This document shows positions 1 to 7,226 of a stretch of 64,000 nt of DNA, piece after piece. Within the stretch, counting starts at the first letter, position 1. Each line of letters begins with the position of its first letter. Location of the stretch: positions 1 to 64,000 of IMG/VR virus record IMGVR_UViG_3300032294_002964. The stretch is one strand, 5' to 3'. Made by a program: the position numbers and the translations under genes. Below the pieces are notes generated by a model. It ran no database searches. It saw only the letters and a program-made list of their open reading frames with translations, and had not been told where the DNA came from. Source of the DNA: a virus.

Positions 1-1
1 T

Positions 2-580
2 AAAGAAGTTGCTGAAAAGATTGGAACCAAGACTGAAAATGGTTACGAACTCGATATGGGTGAGTATAAGATGGTTATCCTTAGAAATAATGGGTATCCT
101 ACTTATAACTTCTGTTCTATTTTGGATGATTACGATTATGATATTACACATATCATTCGTGGTGTAGATCATATTTCAAATCTTGATAAACAAAAGAGAA
201 TTTGGGATGAAATCTGTAAGGTTGAAGGTGAAAAGACTTTTCCAGAAGTAATTCATGCTGGTCTTCTATTTGAAGGAAATAAGAAACTTTCAAAGAGAAG
301 TGGTAACGGTACAACTGAGGATTATCAAGATGTTAATAAAAAGGCTCTTTTGAACTGGTTGTTGAAATTTGGTTGGTCACATCCAGATCCTAATTTCGAT
401 AAACACAATCCAACTTTGAGTATGGATGATATGATTAGATTATTTAACGAAGGTAATATTTCTAATCGAAATTGTAAGATTGATAAGAATAAACTTATAT
501 TCTTGAATAAACTTTGGAATAAGATGGACTCTAAAAGAGTTGTTGAAACTTATACAGAATTTGTAGAAAAGAAGGTTTAA
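2..580 (+). CDS. Glutamyl-tRNA synthetase-like class I aaRS (GluRS/GluQ family), 5'-truncated by the window, minimal form
   Basis: Motifs PTYNF..DD...ITHIIRGVDH.SN, KLSKR (KMSKS), LLNWL..FGWS and KLIFLN. The frame is open from position 2 and stops before any anticodon-binding domain. Confidence 0.85.
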   Translation, partial: KEVAEKIGTKTENGYELDMGEYKMVILRNNGYPTYNFCSILDDYDYDITHIIRGVDHISNLDKQKRIWDEICKVEGEKTFPEVIHAGLLFEGNKKLSKRSGNGTTEDYQDVNKKALLNWLLKFGWSHPDPNFDKHNPTLSMDDMIRLFNEGNISNRNCKIDKNKLIFLNKLWNKMDSKRVVETYTEFVEKKV

Positions 581-1344
581 TACCTTCTTTTTTTCTTTTC
601 AGACCTTTTACCCCACCATCTTCCGAATAACCAGGCTAATATTGGAATTATTATCTTTTCCATTGACCATTTCCAATTCTCATACCAAAATGATTTAATC
701 TGAGCTGGAGCATTTGCCTGAACATATATTTCATCAGAATATACAGTTTGTTTTACATCGTCATTTTTGAAAATAGAAATAACTAAATTTAGTTTATTCT
801 TACCACTTTTTAGAGGTGTTACATTAAATATCCACTCTGTATAACTTGAATCTACCATTTGTTTTTCTGAATTAACTTCTGATATTTTAAAAGAATCTCC
901 AGTTGGATCGACTAATTCAACTTGCATAGTGTGTGATGTTTTAATACTTTTAGTTATCACTTTACCATTTAAGTTTTGTGATATTTCAACATTTGTATTT
1001 GATCTACTTATTCTAACGATTATATCATAGTTCTTCATAACTTGCATTGTATCTGGAACTTTGTATATAACTTGACCTAAATCTGATTGGCTATTTACAT
1101 TAGTAGTTGAATTTGTATTCTTTACTACCTCTTTGATTATTGTTTCTTTTTGTGGTTGTTGTGGTCTTTGCATAGCAGACACCACTTCATTTTCAAAATT
1201 ATTTGAAGTATCAACTGGTTCTTTATTATCTACTAATGTTGAATCATTGTTTATAAAATTACCTTTTTCATTATCACCTATTGGTGCTTTTTGTGAAGCA
1301 CATCCGAATAAAAATAATGTTAATAATAAAAATAAATATCTCAT
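577..1344 (-). CDS. Predicted lipoprotein with C-terminal membrane anchor
   Basis: Signal peptide with lipobox LFGC; C-terminal hydrophobic stretch followed by a basic tail; AATATATA motif just upstream. Confidence 0.6.
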   Translation of the reverse strand: MRYLFLLLTLFLFGCASQKAPIGDNEKGNFINNDSTLVDNKEPVDTSNNFENEVVSAMQRPQQPQKETIIKEVVKNTNSTTNVNSQSDLGQVIYKVPDTMQVMKNYDIIVRISRSNTNVEISQNLNGKVITKSIKTSHTMQVELVDPTGDSFKISEVNSEKQMVDSSYTEWIFNVTPLKSGKNKLNLVISIFKNDDVKQTVYSDEIYVQANAPAQIKSFWYENWKWSMEKIIIPILAWLFGRWWGKRSEKKKRRY

Positions 1345-1390
1345 GTCTTATATATTTGAAATTTGAAATAATTTTTATTATATTAGCATA

Positions 1391-1398
1391 TAAGTTTG
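1391..1398 (+). promoter_or_regulatory. Bacteroidetes primary-sigma -7 element (TAnnTTTG) upstream of the RNase P RNA
   Basis: TAAGTTTG ends 5 nt before the P1 helix. Confidence 0.55.
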
Positions 1399-1403
1399 TA
1401 TAA

Positions 1404-1627
1404 GAGTGTGGAGGAATCATCGCTGGTTTAAAAACTGGAGGAAGTTCACGACTACTAAACCTAACTTGGGAGATATAAAGTTGTGGCTGTTTCGGCCCAA
1501 CCTCTGGATCGTTACTACCAAGGAAGTAGCAACTCAAACAGAACGAGGGTGTCGGTTTCCCTATGAGTTCGGGTTGAGGCATAGATAAATGATGATATAG
1601 AACAGAATCGTGGCTATACTCGCACTC
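1404..1627 (+). ncRNA. rnpB: RNase P RNA, bacterial type A, minimal (~225 nt)
   Basis: GC-richer intergenic island with GAGGAAGUUCACGA (CR-I), AGAUAAAUGAU (CR-IV) and ACAGAAUCGUGGCUA (CR-V). Helices pair by eye: P1 1404-1413/1619-1627, P2 1416-1421/1591-1596, P3 1423-1429/1432-1438, P4 1443-1451/1608-1615 with bulged U, P5 1452-1455/1526-1529, P6 1457-1461/1554-1558, P7 1465-1469/1518-1522, P15, P16, P17. Confidence 0.9.
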
Positions 1628-1653
1628 AATTACAAACATATTTTTTTAAAACT

Positions 1654-1953
1654 ATGGACTTTATTCGTTATAATCTAATTTCAAAAATCTTGACTAAGTA
1701 TCGAGAAAATCGAAACATGTATAATCATGATAACTTCTTCTATTTTGAAAATAGTGTAAATAAGATTAATCGAATCGGTAAAGGATTTCTATATAATGAG
1801 GAAGAAATAATGCCACTTGAATGGCAAGATATCAAGGGAAAAGAACTCCTTGAAATTCTAAAACAAATGAATCAAAAGAATTTCTTCTTCTATAAAAACA
1901 TAGATGGTAAATTCTACAAAACCAGACCTAAGAAAAGAAATGTTAAAGAATAA
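1654..1953 (+). CDS. Hypothetical protein
   Basis: ORF in operon context; no recognised motif. Confidence 0.55.
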   Translation: MDFIRYNLISKILTKYRENRNMYNHDNFFYFENSVNKINRIGKGFLYNEEEIMPLEWQDIKGKELLEILKQMNQKNFFFYKNIDGKFYKTRPKKRNVKE

Positions 1954-2665
1954 TTATTACGCTCCAAAGTATGACTATAACACAGAGTATTCCTGTGAGA
2001 AATCTGGATGTCATGAAGAGGGTATTTGTAGATGTGGTCGTATTGACGATGCTTATGTTGAAAGTGTAGATCTAACATATCTTACAACCGAAATTTATGA
2101 CCAATTAATACCATCTGATAAAAAATCTAAAAAGAGAGATACTAGATTATCCGAATTATTGTATGGTGGTGAGATTGTTGATAAGTATTGCATTTATAGA
2201 ATATTATCTATCAACAAAGTATGGCAAACAGATTTATGGGAGGTGAACACAACTGGTGGATATTATGGTGATGAAATTGATAGTGTTACTTTAGATATTG
2301 TAACACTTAGTAAGGTATCTACACAATGTTCGAAGCTATTTGAACTTACTACACTAAAAGATAAATTATTTTATGTGATTGAATTAGAATATGGGTTTGT
2401 TTTAGATGAAATAAAAGACTGTGATTTTGAATTGATTACAATTTATAAGAATCATATTGACTTTAAAAAGCTAAATCAAAACCATATCAAGAATGTTAAA
2501 ATGGAAGACCTATCACACTATTGGGAGGAAAAGTATGACCTACCAAGAGGAATTGTTAGAGGCGAAATTGATAACTATAAAATAGTTGATGGATTTCATA
2601 GAATTATTGCTGCTAGTGACAAAAAGTCGTTTGAAGTTTTCAGAGTTATAAAAAATGAAAATTAA
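1940..2665 (+). CDS. ParB/Srx-like N-terminal-domain protein with Cys-rich N-terminus
   Basis: C-terminal YKIVDGFHRIIAA matches the ParB/Srx DGxHR motif; C-x4-C...CxC near the N-terminus; ATG 1940 preferred over 1904. Confidence 0.6.
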   Translation: MLKNNYYAPKYDYNTEYSCEKSGCHEEGICRCGRIDDAYVESVDLTYLTTEIYDQLIPSDKKSKKRDTRLSELLYGGEIVDKYCIYRILSINKVWQTDLWEVNTTGGYYGDEIDSVTLDIVTLSKVSTQCSKLFELTTLKDKLFYVIELEYGFVLDEIKDCDFELITIYKNHIDFKKLNQNHIKNVKMEDLSHYWEEKYDLPRGIVRGEIDNYKIVDGFHRIIAASDKKSFEVFRVIKNEN

Positions 2666-2685
2666 ATCATATATATACACTCAGT

Positions 2686-3189
2686 ATGATGAGTGTGCCT
2701 TGCTCCAATTGCACAGCAAAATGTTGCAAAAATTATGATGTTTTTATTGACCACGAAGATCTGAATATATCAGATGATTTATCATTTATCAAAATTATTG
2801 AATATGATAAATCATATGGATATGTTCCTAAATTTAATCTTTGGAAAGACGGTAAAAAGAAAAAGTGGGTTCTTTGCTTAAACAATCCTGAGAAAGTTTG
2901 TCAGTTTCTTAAAGATGATAAGTGTTCTATTTATGATAAACGACCATTGATATGTAGAACTTATCCACATTATGTTGATGATGATAAGATCAAAACGATG
3001 AAGAATCTATGTCCAGTGAAATGGAATTTATCAGAACTTGAAAAAGTTGAACTAAGAATCAATTATGAAAAGCTTTTAGTAAATTTTTTAGCATTTGAAA
3101 CTATTTGTGACCAATGGAATAAAATCGTTACAAAAGAGGATAATTTAGAAAAATTTCTTATATTTGTAAAAAACTATCATTTTATATGA
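2686..3189 (+). CDS. YkgJ-family cysteine cluster (Zn/Fe-S) protein
   Basis: CxxCxxxCC ... CQFL...CSIYDKRPLICRTYP signature. Confidence 0.85.
   Translation: MMSVPCSNCTAKCCKNYDVFIDHEDLNISDDLSFIKIIEYDKSYGYVPKFNLWKDGKKKKWVLCLNNPEKVCQFLKDDKCSIYDKRPLICRTYPHYVDDDKIKTMKNLCPVKWNLSELEKVELRINYEKLLVNFLAFETICDQWNKIVTKEDNLEKFLIFVKNYHFI
3159..3166 (+). promoter_or_regulatory. Bacteroidetes -7 promoter element TATATTTG
   Basis: Matches TAnnTTTG about 20 nt upstream of the Nudix start; the same motif occurs at 4547, 5057 and 6822. Confidence 0.5.
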
Positions 3190-3710
3190 TTATAGATCGT
3201 AAAAATAAATACAAAGGTTATCTCAATATTGACGAGATTACCTATAAAACAAAGTCTGGTAAAGAGGGTAAACGCGAATTAATGGTTCGTCAAAATGCGG
3301 TTGCCGCACTTCTTTACAACACAGAAACTGAGAAATATATTCTAATCTCTCAATGGCGACCAGGTTCAGCATCTGATATTATTGAAATTGTGGCTGGTAC
3401 ACTTGATAAACCAGGTGAAGATCCACGAGATGCAATGAAGCGTGAGATTGATGAAGAGGTTGGATACGAAACAGATTCAATCAAATTGATTGATGAATGT
3501 TATATGTCACCGGGTGGATCAAGTGAGGTAATCACTATTTACTTCTGTGAAGTATCTAAGAAGATTGGTGCTGGTGGTGGAGTTCCTGGTGAGCTTGAAG
3601 AGATTGACACGATTGAAATGGATCGTGAAGAGTTAATGACAACTCGATTTAAAGATGCAAAAACAATTATTGCCGTAAACTGGGCAAGATATAACCATAA
3701 TGTAAAATGA
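3186..3710 (+). CDS. Nudix hydrolase (ADP-ribose/NDP-sugar pyrophosphatase, NudF/NudK-like)
   Basis: Nudix box G-x5/6-E-x7-REIDEEVGY plus QWRP and YMSPGGSSE motifs. Confidence 0.85.
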   Translation: MIIDRKNKYKGYLNIDEITYKTKSGKEGKRELMVRQNAVAALLYNTETEKYILISQWRPGSASDIIEIVAGTLDKPGEDPRDAMKREIDEEVGYETDSIKLIDECYMSPGGSSEVITIYFCEVSKKIGAGGGVPGELEEIDTIEMDREELMTTRFKDAKTIIAVNWARYNHNVK

Positions 3711-4198
3711 ATTTAGATAAATTAAAAGAACCATATGTTATTATACTCATTGGTCCCCCTTTGAGTGGTAAGACTACTTGGATTCGTCAGAATTTTGAAC
3801 CTGAAACTTTCGAACTAATTTCGAGAGATCAAATTGTCATGGATGTTCACGGAGATGAAGACTACAATACTGCTTTTAAATCTGTTGACCAGAAAGAAGT
3901 AGATAGAATTCTTGTAGGTAAACTATCACAAGCCGGAAGGGAAGGTAAGAATGCTATTGTTGATATGACCCATATGAACTCTAAAAGGAGAAAGTTTAAT
4001 CTTTCTTTCTTTGGTAAAGACTATTACAAATTAGCAGTTATTTTTCCTATCTTAAAAGATGAAGAGTATATTCAGAGAGATAAGAAGAGAACAGAGGAAG
4101 AAAATAAAAGCATACCAATGCATGTGATAAAAAATATGATTTCATCATATCAATCAATTAAAAATGACGAAGGTTTTGACAAAGTAATTTCACTTTAA
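3707..4198 (+). CDS. Polynucleotide-kinase-like P-loop kinase (AAA_33)
   Basis: GPPLSGKTT, ISRD, IVDMTH...RR and IP..VI..M match the PNK kinase domain pattern. Confidence 0.8.
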   Translation: MNLDKLKEPYVIILIGPPLSGKTTWIRQNFEPETFELISRDQIVMDVHGDEDYNTAFKSVDQKEVDRILVGKLSQAGREGKNAIVDMTHMNSKRRKFNLSFFGKDYYKLAVIFPILKDEEYIQRDKKRTEEENKSIPMHVIKNMISSYQSIKNDEGFDKVISL

Positions 4199-4209
4199 AA
4201 TTAACAAAT

Positions 4210-4500
4210 ATGAATTCAATAGAAAAAGTTATTAGACTAACAGAAGATGCTATTCTAGCGTCCGGTAAAAAATTCAAAGAAATTGATCCTGAATCGATAA
4301 AGGGATTTCTTAAAAATCAATATGGTTTAAATAAAGATCAAATCAATATTGTGATGGAACGACTATCAGAAATTTATTCTGGTAAAAAGTCACAAAAAAT
4401 TGTGAATGTCGATGTTCCGGTTCATACAGAGGACTCTTATGTTCCTAAGGTTAAGGAGGGTCGTAAAAGTGTCTTTGGAGAAATTAAGAAGATTGCTTAA
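4210..4500 (+). CDS. Hypothetical protein
   Basis: ORF followed by a terminator. Confidence 0.55.
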   Translation: MNSIEKVIRLTEDAILASGKKFKEIDPESIKGFLKNQYGLNKDQINIVMERLSEIYSGKKSQKIVNVDVPVHTEDSYVPKVKEGRKSVFGEIKKIA

Positions 4501-4501
4501 T

Positions 4502-4529
4502 AAAAAAATCCCCTTATGGGGATTTTTTA
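4502..4529 (+). terminator. Intrinsic terminator
   Basis: AAAAAATCCCC-TTAT-GGGGATTTTTT hairpin with T tail. Confidence 0.8.
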
Positions 4530-4569
4530 TTTTAGGAAATTATCCTTATATTTGATAAAAATACACACA

Positions 4570-4857
4570 ATGTTTAACTCTAATAATTTTCCAACTTTGA
4601 ATCGAGCTCTCTCACTTCTTATTGTATTCATCCTATTGATGATGGTACTTTTTAGTGGATTGTTTATATCACTTGCTATAGCTGCTGCGGCTATTGTACC
4701 ACTTACTTGGATTTGGGGTCTGTTGACTGGTCAGTCCTATGATCGAGTTTGTGATAACTCGGAAGTAATTTACAAACTTAACCAACTTGGAAAATGGACA
4801 ATTGCTATAGGATTTGCAATCTTATTGATATATCTTATCTATATAATTGTATTCTAA
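4570..4857 (+). CDS. Small membrane protein
   Basis: Two to three hydrophobic segments; ATG 4570 lies downstream of TATATTTG (4547-4554). Confidence 0.6.
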   Translation: MFNSNNFPTLNRALSLLIVFILLMMVLFSGLFISLAIAAAAIVPLTWIWGLLTGQSYDRVCDNSEVIYKLNQLGKWTIAIGFAILLIYLIYIIVF

Positions 4858-5004
4858 TTATCTACCCTGTCCTTTGTAAGCTTTCTTGTAGTTTTTCGAG
4901 CTTTTGTTTCTAGACTCTTTCTTTTTAGAGTGCTTTCCTAGTTTTTTCTTAGCCTTTTTTGTAAAAGATCTTACATTGCTTGTTGTTGTTGATTTTTTTG
5001 CCAT
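4858..5004 (-). CDS. Small Lys-rich basic protein (48 aa) ending YKGQGR; not in the ORF track
   Basis: Translates MAKKSTTTSNVRSFTKKAKKKLGKHSKKKESRNKSSKNYKKAYKGQGR; AATATATA motif at 5027-5034 upstream. Confidence 0.75.
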   Translation of the reverse strand: MAKKSTTTSNVRSFTKKAKKKLGKHSKKKESRNKSSKNYKKAYKGQGR

Positions 5005-5083
5005 TTGTTCTTCTCATTATTTTTAGTATATATTTTTGTTTTTTAATAATTTTCCGTATATTTGTAGAACAAACAACGAAAAT

Positions 5084-5431
5084 ATGGACTTTTTAACATT
5101 CAATCCTAAAAATTTAGTTTTAGTAGATGGTGACTTTGTTAAATCAAATGATTTGGCTGATTTAATCTATGAGAACGATGGATCTTACTCAAATGATTGT
5201 CAATACATGACTTTCAAGTGTGGTGATATCACGATTGATGTTAATTATGAAATGAGTGTTTCAGGTTCTATTAATGAGGATTCTGGTGACTACTGGACAC
5301 CTCCAAGTTGTGATGTTGATATTGATGATGTTGATATTTATGTAACTGCTGTTTACATAAATGAGGATGAAGTTGAATTGACATCAGAGTTGAAGACTGT
5401 TTTTGAAAAAATTGTAGATAAAAATATATGA
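5084..5431 (+). CDS. Acidic hypothetical phage protein (GDYWTPP motif)
   Basis: ATG 5084 follows the TTTG-N18-TATATTTG promoter (5035-5064). Confidence 0.6.
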   Translation: MDFLTFNPKNLVLVDGDFVKSNDLADLIYENDGSYSNDCQYMTFKCGDITIDVNYEMSVSGSINEDSGDYWTPPSCDVDIDDVDIYVTAVYINEDEVELTSELKTVFEKIVDKNI

Positions 5432-6036
5432 TTCTCAAAAGAATACCAAAGTATTTACTAAAACTTATTGTAAAAAGTCCAATTAAATTCACTATGTTGT
5501 TAGTGGTTTTAACTCTTTTATATCCAATATTTCATTTGAATTATGATAAAAAAGAAAATGTTAAGGTTATTACACATTTTAAAAATGGTGTGTCAGAGTG
5601 TTATGTTGTTCCATCGTCCGGTGAAAATGATATGAGGATTATAAAATCTGAAAGCGAACTAACTATTAATAGTGATGGTACAATTGAAGTTGATGATGAA
5701 AATGTACCACTTATTCTATCTTGGATAGGATTTGTAATATTTTCAATTATTATAGTAATTTCATCTTTTCAAGATGATGATGATTATAATTGGTCATTTA
5801 GAGACAATTTTATTGAAGTTTTACATGATGATGTTACTTGTGAGATGGATCAAATTGGCAGTGAACAAATTTACTACTACATACTTGATGGTAAATTGAT
5901 ACTTAAATCAAAGTCTCATAAGTCTCGTATCCACGATGAGGTTGAGAGATATTTTGAATCTCCAAAGATTTTCATTGATTACGAGGGAACTAAACAAAAA
6001 AGGAGAAGTAATAAACTTGATGAAATATTAGGATAA
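5428..6036 (+). CDS. Membrane protein with C-terminal RxxKLxxIL motif
   Basis: Two TM segments; ends KRRSNKLDEILG. Confidence 0.55.
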   Translation: MILKRIPKYLLKLIVKSPIKFTMLLVVLTLLYPIFHLNYDKKENVKVITHFKNGVSECYVVPSSGENDMRIIKSESELTINSDGTIEVDDENVPLILSWIGFVIFSIIIVISSFQDDDDYNWSFRDNFIEVLHDDVTCEMDQIGSEQIYYYILDGKLILKSKSHKSRIHDEVERYFESPKIFIDYEGTKQKRRSNKLDEILG

Positions 6037-6428
6037 TGAAAGTATCATTTGATTTTGATGGTTGCTTAGGAGATAATAAATTTGTCCAGATGATGTGTAA
6101 AATGTTCATATCATCTGGACACGATGTTTTTATTATAACAAGTCGTGATCCTCAGATGTCCAATAATGATGTTTTTAGAGTATCGGATTTGTTAGGTATA
6201 AAAAGAGAAAATATCATTATGACTAATGGTACTCTCAAAGTACATGCATTTATTCAAAATCAAATTGATATACACTTTGATAACTCATACGATGAAGTAG
6301 TTGCTATAAATGACGAATTTACAAAGGGTCCTAATATATTTCAGAAGAATGAATCTATGCCAGCAATACTTGTGAATTTTGATACAGAGGAAATGGGATA
6401 TATTCATAATTTTATTCTTAACAAATGA
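6036..6428 (+). CDS. HAD-superfamily phosphatase (cap-less, PNK-phosphatase-like)
   Basis: SFDFDGCL (motif I), IITSR (motif II), K, and HFDN (motif IV). Confidence 0.75.
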   Translation: MKVSFDFDGCLGDNKFVQMMCKMFISSGHDVFIITSRDPQMSNNDVFRVSDLLGIKRENIIMTNGTLKVHAFIQNQIDIHFDNSYDEVVAINDEFTKGPNIFQKNESMPAILVNFDTEEMGYIHNFILNK

Positions 6429-6814
6429 TTTGTCCTAATTGTGGAAATAGTAATCAATGTCCTTGTACTAATTGTGACCCAGATAGGACAAAACCAAATA
6501 AGTATATTTGGGTAGACACTGAGCATGGTGTTGTTCAGTGTTGTTTCTGCAATTATCAATTTAATGAAGGTGAATCACTTAATTATGAGTGGGATTTAAT
6601 GATTAAAACATATAAAGAGAGGTTAGATGATAAACTTTGTGCATTTTGGTTTGAATCAAAAAATAAAAGTGACCTCTATATATCACATGGTTTGGATGAA
6701 TTTGCCTTTAGAATGGCTTTCAGAGAACATTACAGTGTAGATCCAAGGAACCTAAAAATAGAAGAATGGTTAGTGATTAAAAGAGATTATAAATTATTCA
6801 AACTAATTGAATAA
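6425..6814 (+). CDS. Zn-finger hypothetical protein
   Basis: CPNC..CPCxxC..CxxC; ends KRDYKLFKLIE. Confidence 0.55.
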   Translation: MICPNCGNSNQCPCTNCDPDRTKPNKYIWVDTEHGVVQCCFCNYQFNEGESLNYEWDLMIKTYKERLDDKLCAFWFESKNKSDLYISHGLDEFAFRMAFREHYSVDPRNLKIEEWLVIKRDYKLFKLIE

Positions 6815-6848
6815 TTTTTTGTATATTTGAATACTAAAATATAAAGTT

Positions 6849-7217
6849 ATGAACTTTCACGCAAGAAAACTGGTTAAACCAGAAGACCTTAATCCACGAG
6901 GTACTCTTTTTGGTGGACGACTTCTTGAATGGATTGACGAAGAAGCCGCAATCTATGCAATGTGTCAATTAGACACAAAAGATATTGTGACAAAATTGAT
7001 TTCCGAAGTTAATTTTGTATCGCCTGCTTATCCAGGTGATGTAATTAAAATTGGTGTTGAACCAACCAATTTTGGTCGAACTTCACTTACTGTTAAGGTA
7101 ACAGTTGTAAATAAAGATACCGGTAATGTGATTGTTCAAATTGATAAAATGGTATTTGTATCTCTTGATAAGGAAGGAAAACCATTTCCACACGGCAAAA
7201 CAGAACAGAAATTTTAA
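6849..7217 (+). CDS. Acyl-CoA thioesterase (hotdog fold, YciA-like)
   Basis: DLNPRGTLFGGRLLEWIDE, GRTSL and FVSLD..GKP. Confidence 0.9.
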   Translation: MNFHARKLVKPEDLNPRGTLFGGRLLEWIDEEAAIYAMCQLDTKDIVTKLISEVNFVSPAYPGDVIKIGVEPTNFGRTSLTVKVTVVNKDTGNVIVQIDKMVFVSLDKEGKPFPHGKTEQKF

Positions 7218-7226
7218 TTAATAAAC

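Noticed and set aside
1274-1639. ORFs 1274-1639(-) and 1406-1588(+)
   Set aside because: They overlap the RNase P RNA. Their atypical composition is explained by the structured RNA.
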